Shown here piece after piece: positions 61,548-64,000 of a stretch of DNA of 64,000 nucleotides. The first letter of the stretch is position 1; every line of letters starts with the position of its first letter. A model generated the notes under the pieces. The model worked only from the letters and a program-made list of their open reading frames with translations, made no database searches and was not told where the DNA came from. The translations under genes and the position numbers were made by a program. Source of the stretch: Trueperaceae bacterium (GTDB lineage Bacteria; Deinococcota; Deinococci; Deinococcales; Trueperaceae); contig OZ243956.1 in NCBI GenBank assembly GCA_965214405.1, positions 2,720,001-2,784,000 of the forward strand. The letters run 5' to 3'.

Positions 61548-61570
61548 GAAAAAACTAGCCACTCACCACT
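61533..61570. terminator. 12-bp inverted repeat at the end of the methyltransferase gene
   Basis: AGTGGTGAGTGG ... CCACTCACCACT; no long T tract. Confidence 0.45.
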
Positions 61571-61631
61571 CTCAAGCTCGCTTGAGAACCGCTTCACCCC
61601 CGTCTCATGGGTGGTGGGGTATGTTGGGGGT

Positions 61632-62138
61632 ATGAAAAAGGGATTTTTGTATATAGTCTTGTGTTTATTAGCGGGGGCCGCGCTAGCGCAGGCTCAAACG
61701 GGGGGGGCGGGGGCCAATCCGGTGAGTTATCGGCTCGAGTCCTACGTCGTGAGCCAGGTGACGGGGGATGACGGCAATCAACAAGAAACCTTTACAGAGG
61801 CGACCACGGCCCGGCCCGGTCAGGTGGTCGAGTACCGGCTGTTCGTGGAGAACGTGGGTAACACCACCTTGCCGCCGGGCATCGTATTCGTGACAGGACC
61901 TGTCCCCGAAGGAACGAGCTACGTGGACGCCTCGGCCACGCCCACCTCGGACCGGGTGCTGACCGAATTTACCGCCGACGGTCAGACGTACGGCGAGCCG
62001 CCCCTCGTTGCTGCGGGCACGGGTGGGGGCCAAAGCGCCGTTACGCCCACGCGCTATACCGCCGTAAGGTGGACGCTCAAGCAGCCGCTCGAGCCGGGGC
62101 AAGAAGAGCCCTTTGTCTACCGCGTGACGGTTCAGTAG
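61632..62138 (+). CDS. Exported DUF11-like protein
   Basis: Signal peptide; PG.VVEY....N.G, P.GT.YV..SA, VRW, Y.V.V. Confidence 0.8.
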   Translation: MKKGFLYIVLCLLAGAALAQAQTGGAGANPVSYRLESYVVSQVTGDDGNQQETFTEATTARPGQVVEYRLFVENVGNTTLPPGIVFVTGPVPEGTSYVDASATPTSDRVLTEFTADGQTYGEPPLVAAGTGGGQSAVTPTRYTAVRWTLKQPLEPGQEEPFVYRVTVQ

Positions 62139-62254
62139 GAGACAAGTAAGTTTGATGAAGCGGAGGAGGTGGGGTAGTGAGGGAAAGCCCAAACCCTCCC
62201 CGTCACCCTTGTATCCCCCTACCTCACCTTACGCACCTGCATTACGCCAAAGCT

Positions 62255-63388
62255 CTAATTGAGATGTCCCGGTAGCAGAGCGGGAGCATCGTCGGCGTCG
62301 GTTCTGACCTTGTTGCGGCCCTCTTGTTTGGCCCCGTAGAGGGCGGCGTCGGCGCGCTTGATGAGAACGTCCAATCCCTCGCCGCGGCTAAACTCGGCTA
62401 CCCCGAAACTCGCCGTAATGGTTCCAGCGGGCTCAAAACCATGTGCCTCGATCAGCCCCTTGAGCCGCACCGCCGAGGTGCGCGCCTCCTCTAAACCGAC
62501 CTCAGGCAGAATAATAAGAAACTCCTCACCGCCCCAGCGCCCCACGTGGTCCACGCTGCGTACGCTCGTGAAGAGCAAATCGGCCATCTCGCGGAGCACC
62601 TCATCACCCACGTCGTGACCGAGAGCGTCATTCACGCGTTTGAAGTGGTCGATGTCCAAAAGCAGCACGCAAAAAGGGTTGCCGTAGCGCGCCGCGCGCT
62701 TCTCCTCCTCTTCTAAGAGCACCTCCAAATGGCGGCGGTTGCTCACCCTGGTCAGGCCGTCGGTATTGGCAAGGTACGACATGGTGCTGGCGAGCCCGGT
62801 ATGGATTTCGGTGAGTTTGGCGAAGGCGTTAAAAATGAGGATGAGGAGGCCGCTCGAGACGTAAACCTGCCCCAAAGGGCGCAGGTCACCCAGGGATTCG
62901 CCGAGCGCGAAACGGTTCGCGCCGTGAATGAGTCCGACCGCGAAGGTCGCGCCAAAAAATACCAGCGACACACCCTTGCCGCGGCGCACGCCGAACATAA
63001 AAAAGGCCAAGCCGTATAGAATCGGAAACCAGTACCCGAACTCGCCCAACTCGCGGGCGATGTCGGCGGTTCCATGATTAATGCTGTGGTCGAAGAGCAA
63101 GAGCAGGCTGAGGCGCGCTAAAAAGTATGCGTAGACGCACACGATGAGAGACGCTTCGACGGCTCTGGTCGAAAGTTTCTTAAAATATAAGAGGATACTC
63201 AGCGCGACAAAAAAGCTCGCCACGAGAGGCCGCGCCACGGCGTCAAACGCGACCATGCGCGCCATTGGCGACTCTAAAAACCAGGCGGAAAGAAAAAACA
63301 GCACGCCCAACGGCAAGCCGAGCAGATACGTTTCTCTCTTGAACCCTTCTGCCGATTCGGCAGGCGTAAAAACAGACGTCATCCCCAT
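62255..63388 (-). CDS. Membrane-bound diguanylate cyclase
   Basis: N-terminal TM helices; TD.LT...NRR, DID.FK..ND, RWGGEEF. Confidence 0.92.
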   Translation of the reverse strand: MGMTSVFTPAESAEGFKRETYLLGLPLGVLFFLSAWFLESPMARMVAFDAVARPLVASFFVALSILLYFKKLSTRAVEASLIVCVYAYFLARLSLLLLFDHSINHGTADIARELGEFGYWFPILYGLAFFMFGVRRGKGVSLVFFGATFAVGLIHGANRFALGESLGDLRPLGQVYVSSGLLILIFNAFAKLTEIHTGLASTMSYLANTDGLTRVSNRRHLEVLLEEEEKRAARYGNPFCVLLLDIDHFKRVNDALGHDVGDEVLREMADLLFTSVRSVDHVGRWGGEEFLIILPEVGLEEARTSAVRLKGLIEAHGFEPAGTITASFGVAEFSRGEGLDVLIKRADAALYGAKQEGRNKVRTDADDAPALLPGHLN

Positions 63389-63526
63389 GTAAATCCCATG
63401 TCTCTCCCGTGTGAACGCTCCCGGACGTTGCGACGTTCACCGTTCCCAAGCGTAGTGTAGGGGAAGGCGAAAAAGTTTTCTATAAAAACTTTGGCGTTGC
63501 TCCTGCTCCACTTGCAAGCTTTTCCT

Positions 63527-63553
63527 TGGAGGGAGTGGAGGGAGTGGAGGGAG
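63527..63553 (+). repeat. 3 x TGGAGGGAG tandem repeat
   Basis: Perfect 9-bp triplication in a divergent promoter region. Confidence 0.8.
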
Positions 63554-63613
63554 GCTCGAGCCCGCCCAAATCAAGCGACGGTCCAGGGGTGTGCGTGGGG
63601 ATAAGATAATTTC

Positions 63614-64000
63614 ATGACTGAACGTACTCTCTTAGCCATTTTCGCCCACCCCGACGACGAAGCCTTTGGCACGGGCGGCACCCTCGCCCGCTACGCCGCC
63701 GAAGGCGTCCAGGTGCGCCTCATCTGCGCGACCAGGGGCGAGTCGGGCAAGCTCACCGACCCCGACCAGGACGCGTCTCGAGGCATCGCGGCTTTACGGG
63801 AGGACGAACTGAAAGAGGCGTGCCGGGCGCTAGGTTTAGAGCCGCCCGTGTTTCTCGACTACCACGACTCAGGCCGCCAGGAGCGCACGCAACACCATAA
63901 CCCCAAGGCGCTCATGAACGTTGACGAGGGGGAGATTGAGCTCGTTTTGAGGAAATATATTGCCGAGCTCGAGCCCACCCTCCTGCTCACCTTCGACCCC
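63614..64000 (+). CDS. PIG-L family deacetylase (partial, runs off the window end)
   Basis: FAHPDDE, ATRGE.G, R..EL..A...LG, Y.DSG, TFDP. Confidence 0.92.
   Translation, partial: MTERTLLAIFAHPDDEAFGTGGTLARYAAEGVQVRLICATRGESGKLTDPDQDASRGIAALREDELKEACRALGLEPPVFLDYHDSGRQERTQHHNPKALMNVDEGEIELVLRKYIAELEPTLLLTFDP

Overview
GC-rich bacterial chromosomal window, most consistent with Deinococcota (Truepera-like). This is an inference from the long-form TrmB, many apparently leaderless genes and strong CTCGAG enrichment. Housekeeping and metabolic genes occupy 1-12.7 kb and 45.7-64 kb (lysC tail, acyl-CoA dehydrogenases, rpmE, sufE, solA, wecB, trmB, ada, a TrmJ-like gene and others). The ~12.8-45.7 kb segment is accessory. 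Its best signal is a 17-bp box, GCAA-N5-TTCAAGAC, found six times between 14.2 and 29.9 kb. Every copy is intergenic, on the + strand and 18-19 nt upstream of a -10-like hexamer, which defines a probable activator regulon. The genes downstream are mostly exported proteins: two beta-propellers, a spondin-like protein, a conserved unknown protein, a vanadium haloperoxidase-like enzyme and an Ig-repeat protein, followed by a di-haem peroxidase-like protein and cytochrome P460; a Crp/Fnr regulator and a GH63 enzyme also carry the box. The same island encodes three related AraC proteins, one of them DNA-binding-domain-only and preceded by 11-bp-phased GTAAG repeats, plus a SARP-like wHTH-BTAD-NTPase-TPR regulator, suggesting a two-tier cascade. 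Other notable items are a PIN toxin with an unusually large partner, an IS4-family element without target-site duplication, several toxin-antitoxin relics, a truncated DUF692 gene, an EAL-PAS-GGDEF protein and an unannotated 45-aa ORF. No rRNA, tRNA or CRISPR array was seen. All family assignments come from motif recognition by eye; no searches were run.
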